This document shows, one piece after another, positions 34,892 to 45,862 of a stretch of DNA of 64,000 bases; positions within the stretch are counted from its first letter, which is position 1; each line of letters starts with the position of its first letter. This DNA comes from Selaginella moellendorffii (Eukaryota > Plantae > Lycopodiophyta). Location: positions 658,078-722,077 of the forward strand of contig NW_003314262.1 of NCBI RefSeq assembly GCF_000143415.4, given 5' to 3'. Position numbers and translations under genes: made by a program. Below the pieces are notes generated by a model. That model was not told the DNA's origin. It saw nothing but the letters and a program-made list of their open reading frames with translations, and did not search any database.

Positions 34892-36982
34892 GTGGTGGCG
34901 GAGGCACGGATCTCCCTGGATGACTTGCACAAGAGGATGCAGCAGAGCGAGGGCAACGCGTCCAGCATCGAGCGGCAACTCAACGACGTCCGGACGCACC
35001 TCAAGGCGCTGCGCGACCAGGTGACGCTCGACGAGACAAACGTGCAGAGCATCGACCTCGACTCCATCGCCGCATGCCTCAAGTCGCACGCCGATGAGCA
35101 TGATCCGGAACATGTCCATGCCGCGGACAATCCCGATCGCGAAGAGGTGCAGCTGGCTCTGGAAGGAGTCGACGCCGACTTCACAAGGCTGAAGCACAAG
35201 GTTGACGAGGTCCAGGCCGAGCTCCAGATCTCATGGATGTCTCTCACCACGCTGCAGCTCCAAGTGGAGGCCAAGCGCGGCGGTTGCGGCGCAATGCTGC
35301 TGGGTGATCAACTCGGCGGCAAGAACAGGACGCTGGAGCAGCTCAGTGGCTCGTATGAGCGCCTCCGCCACGCTTTCATCGACAAGGAGGAGGAGCTGAG
35401 GCGCGAGAGGCAGCTGGCCAGCAACACGCTCACGGCGCTGGCTGTGACGCACAGGGACATGGACCTCAAGATTGAGTCCGTCAACCGGGAACTGGAGCGT
35501 CTCAAGGCTCTGGCGGTGCAGCTCCGGGACTGGTGCTCGGCCACGGAGATGATGGCCGATGAGCAGTGCACACAGCTCAAGCAACTCAGGGCGGATCTCG
35601 CATCCATTGCTTCCCGCCTGCTTCACATGATCGACTGGGGTGACCCTGCTCCCAAGCAAGAAGCTCACGATGACAAGCTGTTCCAGAACGTTGAGGAAGC
35701 TTGTTCCGCTGCTGCCACTGCTGGCCATGGTGTTGCGCCCCAGCCACCTCCACCACCACCCCGGGGGGACATGTTCCAGGCGATGTCCAACCGACTCGAG
35801 GTGCTGGTGCAAGAGTTGAGGTCGGGAAGGGCGGAGCAGGACAAGATGATCGACTCGCTGTGGTCGCCACCTTTGTGTGGAGACCCTTCTCCACGAGGAG
35901 AAGAAGTCATGGACAAGGGCCCGAACGTGGGGAAGCGAAAGCTTTCAGAGGCTTTCATTGTTGGTCAGCAACAACAACAACAGCAGCAGCAGCAGCAGCT
36001 GGTTGGCGATGAGATTGCCGATCGAGAAAAGGCATTTTTGTCGCAGAAGAAGGCGTTCTTGAGCGGCTTGCGTGAATCTTTCCAGAGGGTGCGGCGGAGG
36101 GAGGTGGCGTGCGCGAGCCTAGACAGGCGTCTGCTCAAGGCCCGGCTGCTGCTGGAGCAAGCGCAACGGGGCTGCATGAGCTCCGACTCGGTGTCCATGA
36201 AGTCCAAGCGGCAGATCGAGCAGGCGTACAAGGAGCTCGTCCACGTCCAGCGAGACATCGACAACATCAAGGCGGTGAGCCTGGTGGAGCGCCAGGAACT
36301 GTCCACCGAGCTGGTGGGCGATGATCATCATCCGCCGCGGGAGCTGTCGGAACTGCTACTGTGCTCGTCGTCGTCGTCGCCGCCGCCGCCGCAAGCCTCG
36401 ACATCATCCAATGCGGCCCAGCAGCAGCAGTTCGTGTCGCTGTGTGGCGGCGAGGTTGGGAGGGTCAAGGGCGAGCTGGGACGTCAGGTGGAGCTCAACC
36501 TCAGGCTCAAGCAGCAGGTGGCCAAGCTGTGCCTGCAGGCGGAGCGAGCCGAGGGGATGGTGGCGGTGGAGAGGCTGGAGGTGGACAAGCTGCGGCAGCA
36601 GGTCCAAGGCATCAGCGATCGGCTCAAGCACGAGGCGCGCTGCCTCCACGAGTCGCACACGGCGGCGCTGCGTGCTCGGGACGCGACCATCGAGCAGCTG
36701 CGCAGGCAAGTGGAGAGGGACGAGACGCGCAAGCTGCTCAAGGCGGCGCTGGACAAGAACGAGGAGCTGAGCGTGGAGAGGGAGGCGCTGGTGGCCAAGC
36801 TCGGGGGCCAGGACTTGGATCTGCTCAAGCTCCGCAACGAGAATGTGTGCTTGGTGGTGGAGAAGATTGCGTTTGAAGGGTCGGCGCGAGCGCTGCAGGA
36901 CAAGATGGCCAACCTCATGACCAAGCTGGCGCAGACCAAGCAGCACTGGAAGCGATTTGTTGTCTACTGCCAAACATTTTAA
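34892..36982 (+). CDS. Long coiled-coil protein of unknown function
   Basis: About 696 open codons, GC3-rich, heptad L/E/Q/R pattern, central poly-P and poly-Q linkers; first in-frame ATG at about 34937. Confidence 0.75.
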   Translation: MVAEARISLDDLHKRMQQSEGNASSIERQLNDVRTHLKALRDQVTLDETNVQSIDLDSIAACLKSHADEHDPEHVHAADNPDREEVQLALEGVDADFTRLKHKVDEVQAELQISWMSLTTLQLQVEAKRGGCGAMLLGDQLGGKNRTLEQLSGSYERLRHAFIDKEEELRRERQLASNTLTALAVTHRDMDLKIESVNRELERLKALAVQLRDWCSATEMMADEQCTQLKQLRADLASIASRLLHMIDWGDPAPKQEAHDDKLFQNVEEACSAAATAGHGVAPQPPPPPPRGDMFQAMSNRLEVLVQELRSGRAEQDKMIDSLWSPPLCGDPSPRGEEVMDKGPNVGKRKLSEAFIVGQQQQQQQQQQQLVGDEIADREKAFLSQKKAFLSGLRESFQRVRRREVACASLDRRLLKARLLLEQAQRGCMSSDSVSMKSKRQIEQAYKELVHVQRDIDNIKAVSLVERQELSTELVGDDHHPPRELSELLLCSSSSSPPPPQASTSSNAAQQQQFVSLCGGEVGRVKGELGRQVELNLRLKQQVAKLCLQAERAEGMVAVERLEVDKLRQQVQGISDRLKHEARCLHESHTAALRARDATIEQLRRQVERDETRKLLKAALDKNEELSVEREALVAKLGGQDLDLLKLRNENVCLVVEKIAFEGSARALQDKMANLMTKLAQTKQHWKRFVVYCQTF

Positions 36983-37053
36983 ACCATCTGTATGTTCTAT
37001 GATCTTAACTAGGCTTGGTAGGGTTCATATCTATAGAGAGGAGAGAGCGAGGG

Positions 37054-39290
37054 ATGTTCAAGAAGGCGAGCGAGGTCAAGGCGCAGCAGCGCCTCTCTGG
37101 CGCCGATCGCAAGAAGCTGCGTCGCAGCATTTGCGAGCGATTCGGCCACGCCACTGACGCGCACATCGAATCCATCCTGCCGGCCAAGGTAAGCCTCTCC
37201 TGCATCCATCTCCTCCGACGGCTTCTCAATGCAAATCGCTACGCCAGGCGGATGTCACCGTGGCGAAGCTCGCCAATCCCAATCGCCTCCATGTCTACGT
37301 CGTGGATGGAGGGCCGCCAATGCTGTTCGATGTCGATGGTGAAGTCTTTCCAACAGGTTGAGCTTCCTCGATTGATGTGCCAATTCAGACATGCTTCCTC
37401 TTGCAGTGTATGCCCTGTGGAAGCTACCATCGCTCCTCCCAGCTTTTATTCTCAAGGGTGCTGAAGTCTCACGCTACGTTGTTGGTGGTGCCGATCTTAT
37501 GTTTCCTGGCATCACTATACCCCCGGAAGGCTTGCCAGAGTTTGAGGCAGGCCAGCCGTGGGTTGTCAAGGTGCCGGGAAATGACTTCCCCATTGCTGTA
37601 AGTCTTGTTCTTCCTTTCTTTTCACATCAACCAACGATTTTCACTCGTCTGCAGGTTGGAACGACGGCCATGAGTAGTACCGCGGCTAAGAAAGCTGGCT
37701 ATCGCGGCAAGGCCCTTCGCATTTTGCATTTCTACCCTGATACGCTCTGGTAAGGAAAGCTTTTAGAGGTTGAAGTTTTGTCGCTGAAAAGGTATTCGGT
37801 GCTGCCGATTGTGTTTCAAACAGGAGCTCGGCTGAGGGAAGATACGTTCCCAATGCGGGTTTCTCGGAGGGCATGATTTCGGAAGATCCATCCACCAGCC
37901 AGCAGGCGGGTGATGGTGAAGGCAGCGCTCAAGGTGTAGACGAACAAGACCAAGAACACGAGCAAGAACAAGAACAAGGTGGTGCCAATAGTGGTGACGA
38001 TGGGACCGAAATCTATCAAGTAACGGAGCCAGAATATGTGGCTGTGGATGTCAAGGACTTGAAGCTAGCACCGGATACATCGGCTGCCGAAGAAGCTGAC
38101 GAGGAGTGTAGCAGCATTGAGGTTGGAAGTTCAACGGGTGTTAGCACCGAGGAGATGGACTTGCTACTCGACAGGTGCTTACTGCAGGCCCTGCATACGA
38201 CCGTCAAGGACAAGGATCTACCCATTCCTGCAAGCATTCTTTGGTAAAGCATTTTATCCGCTCTGTTTTAGCTAATGCTTGTGCTGCATGTAGGTCAGGG
38301 CACATTCTTCCTGCCAGGCCTGCAGGTAGCACGGTAGACATCAAGAAATCTTCGCACAAGAAGTTGTCAAAGTGGCTTCAAACCAAATCTGCCAGCGGCT
38401 TGGTCGGTATATGATAGCTTCGTGTGTTTCCAGGCATGCTGACTGATTTCTCGCAGATAGTAGCGAAGGAGAGCAAGCCTCGCAAGGAAATCATGTTGTG
38501 CAGCGTAAACAGAAGCCATGCGCTATACCAGGAGTTCAAGCCCGAGAAGAAGGTGGCTACCTCTGAACATACCACACCAGATTCGAAGAGCGCAAACGAG
38601 AGCGTGCAAAGTCCGTTTGAAGCCGTGGAGGTGTGGAAGCCTACTCACCATGTGGCACCCATATTGAATGCTGTGGGAGCCGATGCATCCAAGTTTTACA
38701 CCGCGGCCGAGGCAAGTGAGGTGGTGTTTTCGTACGTGGACAAGGAAAGCTTGGTGAAACCAGACAACAAGGCGGTGGTTGCACTGGATGCCGTCTTATG
38801 CGACGCTTTGTTCAAAGGAGCTGTGAAGAAGGGCTCGTCGTACCCGTCGGAGGTCTTGAAAAGGGACCTCGGTGCCACATTCCTGGGCCGGATGCAAGCA
38901 CATCACAAGGTGACCAGAGACGGCAAGTCCGTGGTTCGAAAGGGAGCACTGAGATGTGCACAGATAATAACGGAGCGAAGGCAAGGAAACAAGAAAGTGA
39001 CGCGGGTGTCGGGCCTCGAGTCGTTTCTGGTGGATCCAGATGCGCTAGCAGCGGAGCTCCAGAAAAAGTTTGCGTGCAGCACATCGTTGGCCGAAGTCCC
39101 CGGTAAGTTTGTCCGCTTTGTATTTAGGTACTTGTTTGAACTCCGGTTGTTTGGGATGTATGCAGGGAAGAAAGGCGAGAAGGAGATACTCGTCCAGGGT
39201 GGCGTCATAGAAAACCTTGGGAAGCATCTAGTGCAACAGTATGGGATTCCAAAGAAGTTTATTGAGATACTGGATAAGACGAAGAAGTGA
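37054..39290 (+). CDS. eIF2D: Eukaryotic translation initiation factor 2D (ligatin): PUA, SWIB, SUI1
   Basis: MFKK...LSGADRKKLRR, PTVYALW, GGADLMFPG, DIKKSSHKKLSK, ERRQGNKKVTRVSGLE, EILVQG. Confidence 0.94.
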
Positions 39291-40224
39291 TCAACTGGTT
39301 TGGGTGTCGTCGCCTTCCTGTGGGGTGGTTTTGGCGTGGAGGAGTTGACAGACTGCTCGCTCGAGTCGATGCTTATCTCGGGTGGCGAACTTGTCGACTA
39401 GGCAACCGTCCTGCTCGCGCGAGAGATTAGAAGCGAGAGATACAAGAGCCCCCCTCCCTTACCTGAAAGATTGCAAACAAGGGAACGGAGGAAACGGAGT
39501 AGAATTCGGCCAGGTCCTGCAGAGGTTGCGAGCAAATAAGGTGAAATCATTCTTTCCCAGCTAGCCTACCGTGAGTTCGTCGTAATCATCCAGAACGTTG
39601 TGCTTGACAAACACAATCTGACTCTCATCGCTGTGCTCGTCGTCCTCCTGGGGATCTGCTACGCACTCGTCACTGCTGCATCCCTGCCTGTCTAGACACA
39701 GCTTGTTTCTTCGCAATAGTGGTGGTAGTCACTCACCCGTTTGCACAGCTTCACGAATTGGGGTAGCATGTACTTGCAAGCACCGCACGAGGTGTTGTAG
39801 AAATCCACCACCACCTAAATGGAGAGAGGATTGACAAGCGCTCCAAAGGAAGGCATGGACTGCGAACCAGATCGTGCTCCTCTCGGGCGCGCTCCAAAAT
39901 GGCATCGAATTCCTGCAGGTTGCTTACTACGGTGACGCAGTCCACGGGGCACGAGATCTCCGCCTCAGCTCGTCGTGCATCCGCTTCCTGGCTGCTTGTT
40001 TATACTTTTGTGATCGATCACACGCACGCACACGCACTCACCTCCTGGCGCTTGAGAGATTCCTCTAGATGCCGCTTTCGATCCACCTGGATACCGGCAC
40101 ACGCGACATTCCGGTGTGGCGTCCCAGGAATTCCCGCAGTCTGGAACCACGACCTCTTGCCCCCCACAAAGCGGCTGCTACCAACGATGCTAAACGCCGC
40201 CAAATCACGCCCGATAGCGGCCAT
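39291..40224 (-). CDS. Plastid atypical (Lilium-type) thioredoxin-like protein
   Basis: Spliced product VVVDFYNTSCGACKY...IVFVKHNVLDDYDELTDLAEFYSVSSVPLF...DKFATRDK; transit peptide. Confidence 0.85.
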
Positions 40225-40412
40225 GGAGATTCATGAGCTTATGAATGCTCAAGACGCAACACGGGCTCTTGTCGCGATTCACGAGATATTTCTCTCGCTA
40301 ATTGGTTTCAAATGATAGCATGGTGGCGTAGTGGATTAGTGTTTCGAGATCAAGCCTAGAGTGCCAATTGTTCACAGTAACCAGCACCAAGAGAACAGAA
40401 AAACCACCGAGC

Positions 40413-41223
40413 CTAAGCTTCTAGCCCAATTATCCCTGCATCACAAGAGCCTAGTCTTTACCATGCCAGCTTTTTCCATAAGATATAAGCGCTTACCACA
40501 AGCAACTCTTGCACCCGCATTACCAGTTTCCTTGCTCAGCTCGTGACCACCTGCAAGACACAGTTGCACAAACAACAGGCACTCGAAGATCGTATATATA
40601 TCTATACCTTTGCCGAGATCATCCGGGTCGGCATGCACCACAATTGCCCTGCCAATGATGGAATGCGGCCCGCACAGCTTTATCTGCATCATCATCCAAG
40701 TTAATACCATGGCATGGAATGATCCTCTTCGCTACGACTACCTGGCTGTCTTTGATAGAAATCTCCACCTTTCCTGGCGTAGCAAGCAAACCCAAAAGTG
40801 TGAGAGGTTCGGTGGATCGGGCATCCATCCAAGCAAGCTACTCACCGCTGTCGCCTGCAGTGAGGTTGCCAAGGTCACCAACATGCCTGGTGTCGTCCTC
40901 GGGAGCACCGTGTTCCTTGTTGGTGGGATTGAAATGTGGACCTGTAAGCAACACACATGCTCGCTCGGGATCGCTCAAACAGAACGGCTCTACCCGTGGA
41001 GTTGCACCCGTTGGTGGTATCACCCAGCGCGTGGACGTGGAATCCATGCTTGCCCGGGCTCAAACCGGTGACTTCGCCCGTGATAGTGGACGGCGCACCT
41101 GGAGAAGCAGTCACTCACTCCATCACATTTGGTGGAATGGGCTTTTTTTTTACCTTCGTTCTCCTGGCTGAAATGCACCACCCCGCCCACCTCGCTACCC
41201 AACAGGACCGCCACTGCCTTCAT
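40413..41223 (-). CDS. CSD1: Cu/Zn superoxide dismutase, cytosolic-type
   Basis: [78 protein letters not shown]; no transit peptide or PTS1. Confidence 0.93.
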
Positions 41224-41366
41224 CTTCTTTTCTCTCGCACCAAGAAAATACAAGGCAGCGAACTGCAAGAAAAACCAGATTTAATAAAGCAACACTTGAA
41301 GCCATGCAGGGCGCCACGTACATCGGTGCTGCAACAAAAGCAGGAAAAATGAAAACGAAAAATAAA

Positions 41367-44061
41367 TTATGGATGTGCAATGGTGCATTGCAGCCGAAGC
41401 TCCTGGAGCTGCCTGGGATCAACTGTGGATGGTGTTCTTGTGAGGGAGCAGTGAGCAGCCGTTGTCTTTGGAAAGGCAATCACATCCCGTATCGATTTCT
41501 CTCCCGCAAGCAGCATTACCAGCCGGTCCACACCATACGCGATTCCTCCTGCCATTCATTCTCGCCACTTATTTAGAACAGCAAGGTCGACGATACCATG
41601 CGGAGGAGCACCCAGCTCTAATGCTTCCAGCAAATAGCCAAACTTATCTTCCGCCTGGACACGACTGCAGATGGAGTCACTAACTACAAACAGAAAAGAT
41701 TTCTAGAACCTCTTGAGCGCTCAAACCGGATGCCTCGAGCACCTTTTGCTGCACGTCACGCCTGTGAATCCTCAAGCTTCCACCCCCAATCTGCAGCCAG
41801 CATTTCAGTAAGCCAACAGCAGGATATCACTTACTTCCACGCCGTTGTAGACCATGTCGTAAGCAAGAGCACGAGCAGAGCTGAGATCCTTCATGTCTTC
41901 TGGCCTCGGAGCGGTGAATGGATGGTGGAGCGCCTGGCGGAAGGACGTACATAAACTAGCTAGTGAGCATCAGCTTACCTCAAGCCGCTTTTCCGCGTCG
42001 TTCCACTCGAACATAGGAAAATCAGTGATCCAAAGAATGTCATTGCGGCTCTGCAACCACGAGTTCAGTCGCGATCAAATCGGGAATGCGTCACACCTTG
42101 TCAATGAGGTTCTCACTTGTCTCGGCAATAAGCGTTCGCAGTCGGCCGAGCGTCGCGTTGACGAGCGATGTAGGCCCGTTTGCAAAGATGATCACATCCC
42201 CAGGCTTTGCGTCACATTTGGCCAGAAAGTTGTCTCTCGTCTCAGGACAAGACAAGCTCGACTTGAGCGCTGTGCTGCCTTCCACCTCTCCTGCACAGAA
42301 AGCCAGCTATTTCGTACATGGATGAATATAGAGAGATACCTCCTTCGGCCACCTTGAGAAAAGGCAGGCCTTTAGCACCGCATCTGACTGCTTCTTGATA
42401 TATGTCCCCCTTCTTCAACCGGGTGGCTGTGATCGACTTGCCGCCGCCACACACTGTTATTGCCTTGACAACACCGCCTTCGCTGATGGCTGTGGCGAAC
42501 GGAGCAAAGCTCGATTTTTCAAACACATCCGACAGCTGTTGTTTTCTTTAAGACGCGTTTTAAAGCTTCCAAGTTTGACGTACCTCGACGAGTTGCATTC
42601 CGAAGCGTGTATCAGGCTTGTCTGAACCATACTTGGACATGGCCTCGGCATACGTGAGCCGTGGAAAGGGATCCGGAAGTTCTACGCCTTTAATCTCCCG
42701 GAAAACCTGGCATCCGAGCGAGTGAGGCGAGCGCTTAACCGATGCTAGCACTTACAAGCCTGATGAGGTCCTCATTGAGCTCGAGCATATCTTCCAGCGG
42801 TGTGAATGCAAGCTCCATGTCGAGCTGCGTGAACTCGGGTTGACGGTCGGCTCTAAGATCCTCGTCCCTGAAACACCTGGTGGAAATGCACGCAAGTGAG
42901 TGAGCCAAGCACACGTATACGATACCTTGCAAACTGAAAGTATCTATCGAAACCAGACACCATGAGCATCTGCTTGAACAGCTGCGGGCTCTGGGGAAGA
43001 GCGTAGAAAGTGGCTGGCTGCATCATATTTTTTTTCCTCCCAAGTTAGTCACGCAGGCTGCAATCACTGATTCACCTGCACTCGCGATGGCACCAGGTAA
43101 TCTCGCGCTCCTTCGGGAGTGGATCTCGACAGTATCGGTGTCTCCACCTGCATTGCAAGCTCTAGCCGTCCATCAAAATCGCAAGCTCAAGCCAACCTCG
43201 ACAAAGCCGTGGACGTCTTCCAAGTAACGTCTCATGAGCTTGACGATGCGGTGGCGGAGCCTGAGGTTGGCATTCAGCTGGGGGCGCCGCAAGTCCAAGT
43301 GTCGGTATCTACAAACGCAAACATGCGTGCCTTGGAAGCACTGGCTGGCCCAACAAGCAGTTTACCTCAGACGAACTTCCTCGGAGATGACGTTTTTGGA
43401 CTGGTCGAGGGGCGTGACCAAGAAAGGAAGGTTCAAGGTGACGGGGTTGAGCACCTCAACCTTGTCCGCGATGATCTGACGCAAAGCACGATCAAAACCA
43501 TATGCGAAGGAGGACAAGAGAATACTTCGACGCTTCCAGTCTTCAAATTTGTGTTGGCGGCACCCTGAGGCCGCGAGCGCACTGTTCCCTCCACCGCTAC
43601 CACGTACTCTATTCTCAGCCTCTCCGCCACCGCCTGTGCTCCGCCGCTACTAGCCTCCGCCGCCGCAACCTGGCATGAAGCTTACTTATAAGAAATGGAA
43701 AGATGACAATCCAGCTGCTCGCCTGCACCATTCCCGTGTGGTCGCGAACGTTGATGAATGTGACGGCGCCATGGTCGCGACGGAGCGCAACCCAGCCACA
43801 AATGCGCACCCTCAGCCCAATCTCCGCCTCACTCACCTCGCCACAGTAGTGGCTCCGCCGCACCCACTTGAGCTGCTCGCCTTGCTGCTCCTCCACCCCA
43901 GCAACACCAACACCAGCAGCAGCAGCAGCAGCAGCACGGGCACCAACACGACGCGAGGATGGGCGCGCTCGGCGAGGAGGGCATTGGACGCATCTCGGCA
44001 GCCATGCCGAGGAGGAGGACGAGTGAGACGCTGGAATGGTTGTGCCTAACATACAGGCCAT
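41367..44061 (-). CDS. aspS: Aspartyl-tRNA synthetase, organellar (bacterial-type)
   Basis: [82 protein letters not shown]. Confidence 0.95.
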
Positions 44062-44114
44062 GGGTTTATAATAAAACGCAAGTGTTTGTGGCTTTTACAC
44101 ATTAGCACGCGTAG

Positions 44115-45735
44115 CTATTGCGAGAGCGTAGATTCAAAGTGGCTTGTCAATCCCGTCATGCCCGGCAGCACCAGCATCCAAAACAGGGCCGTCAGTGATC
44201 CCACCAGGAAGACAAACAAGAGGTTTCCCCCATAGCGACCACCCTTGGCCTTGTCTTGTCGCTGCACCACGGCACCAGCAGCCTGCTTCCACTTGGGCGA
44301 GATCATCTCGACAGTCACACGAACGTTCATTGTTGTGGCTGCCACTGTCGACGACGATCCCTTGTCTGGGTGCTCTGCTGCCGAGGCCGGAAGAACCTGA
44401 ACCGACCCAAGCAGACTCAAGATCTTCTTCAATGGACCCCTGTCTCCTCCTTCCTCGCTATCGTCACCATTAGCCAGGTAATAGTCGCCACCTCCTGGCA
44501 GGCAGTGGTCGTCCATGACCAGCAAACTGTGCTCGTCGGCTTCCCTCCAGTTGGACGTCAGATGCTGGCAGCACAGCCCATGTTAAAATGCGTCCCACTT
44601 GCCTTCACCGGAAAAACATGCTCCTCACCTTTGACGGCGCGTCCACAATACAGTCACCCGCGCCTTGATCGCACTTGTCCTCAAGATTGGAGAAGTCACC
44701 AAGCTCGATAAAGTCGTCTTCAGCCAAAACCTTCATCAGATCTTCTGGCTGGTCAATCTGTTCCAGGATACCCTCGGGATCAGCAAAAGACAGCTCTCCA
44801 GGGTTCCTGTCTGGGTAATCCATCACCTGCAATCAATCAATCCACAAGTCAGCATGGCCCTGGCAAGCTTTCAGTCCGTCACCTGTGCCAGGTCAGGAAC
44901 TGGCTCGTCCAAAAGCATGGCAAGGAAGGCATCGAGCTCATCGTTTCCGCCCGGTGCCTCTTCCTTTGCAGCCTCTGTGTTGGTCGTAGTCTCCACGGAC
45001 GCCACCTCCGTCTCCGCGGCAACCTCCACCTCGGCTGTTTCATTGTCGGCCGTCTCATTGTCTAGCGAGAAGAACGAATCCCCCTCCGGATAGCATGGGA
45101 CGTTCTCCTCCTCCTTCTTGGCAGTCGACTTCCTAAACACCCGGCAAACAACGAATGCGTCCTGCGCATACTGGGAGGACGGTGTCAGCTTTGAGAGACA
45201 TAGGGTGTTTTTCTGTGGACTTACCGAGCACTTACGATCATCCTCGTCCAGTCGGTACTCGTGCATAATCCAGTCCGTCCTCTGGCCGTGGGGCGCCCTG
45301 CCGGTGTAGAAAACCAGCGTCTTCTTCATACCGATGTCGCGAGATCCCGAGCGCACGGTTCGGTCCTTTCCAGTCGCCTTCCAGTAGCCAGCTTCGGTGG
45401 CCCGGTTCGTCCGCCAGCCATTGGGATACTTCCTGTCGCGAGGGCTAAAGAAGTACCACTCCACATCCGTCACATACGATTTCCCTGTGTGAGCACAGAC
45501 GATGGGTGAGCGGAGCGGAAGGAAGGAAGGAGCTAAGCTCGACTAGGCAGTACATACCAGGCAAGTCCCATGGCTCGCACTTGTAGAGATCCACCTCGGC
45601 AATTATGTTGGCCTGGATGCTGCGCCCCGACACCTTTCGCGCCAGATAGAAGCCCACAAGCTCCTGATCCGTGGGGCGGAATCTAAACCCTGGCGGCCAC
45701 TGCTTACCGGGCGATGGAGAAGACGAGGACGCCAT
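44115..45735 (-). CDS. Membrane-tethered NAC transcription factor (NTL type)
   Basis: [52 protein letters not shown]; C-terminal hydrophobic helix [19 protein letters not shown]. Confidence 0.92.
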
Positions 45736-45862
45736 AATACGTATGGATGGTGGCGCCGCCAGCTCAAGCCCCGCTCTCTCCCATGGCCCAAACCCCTCTT
45801 TTCGCTCTCCACGCTGCTCAGACCACTTCAATAAGACCTAAGTAGGACAGCCATAGATTTTA

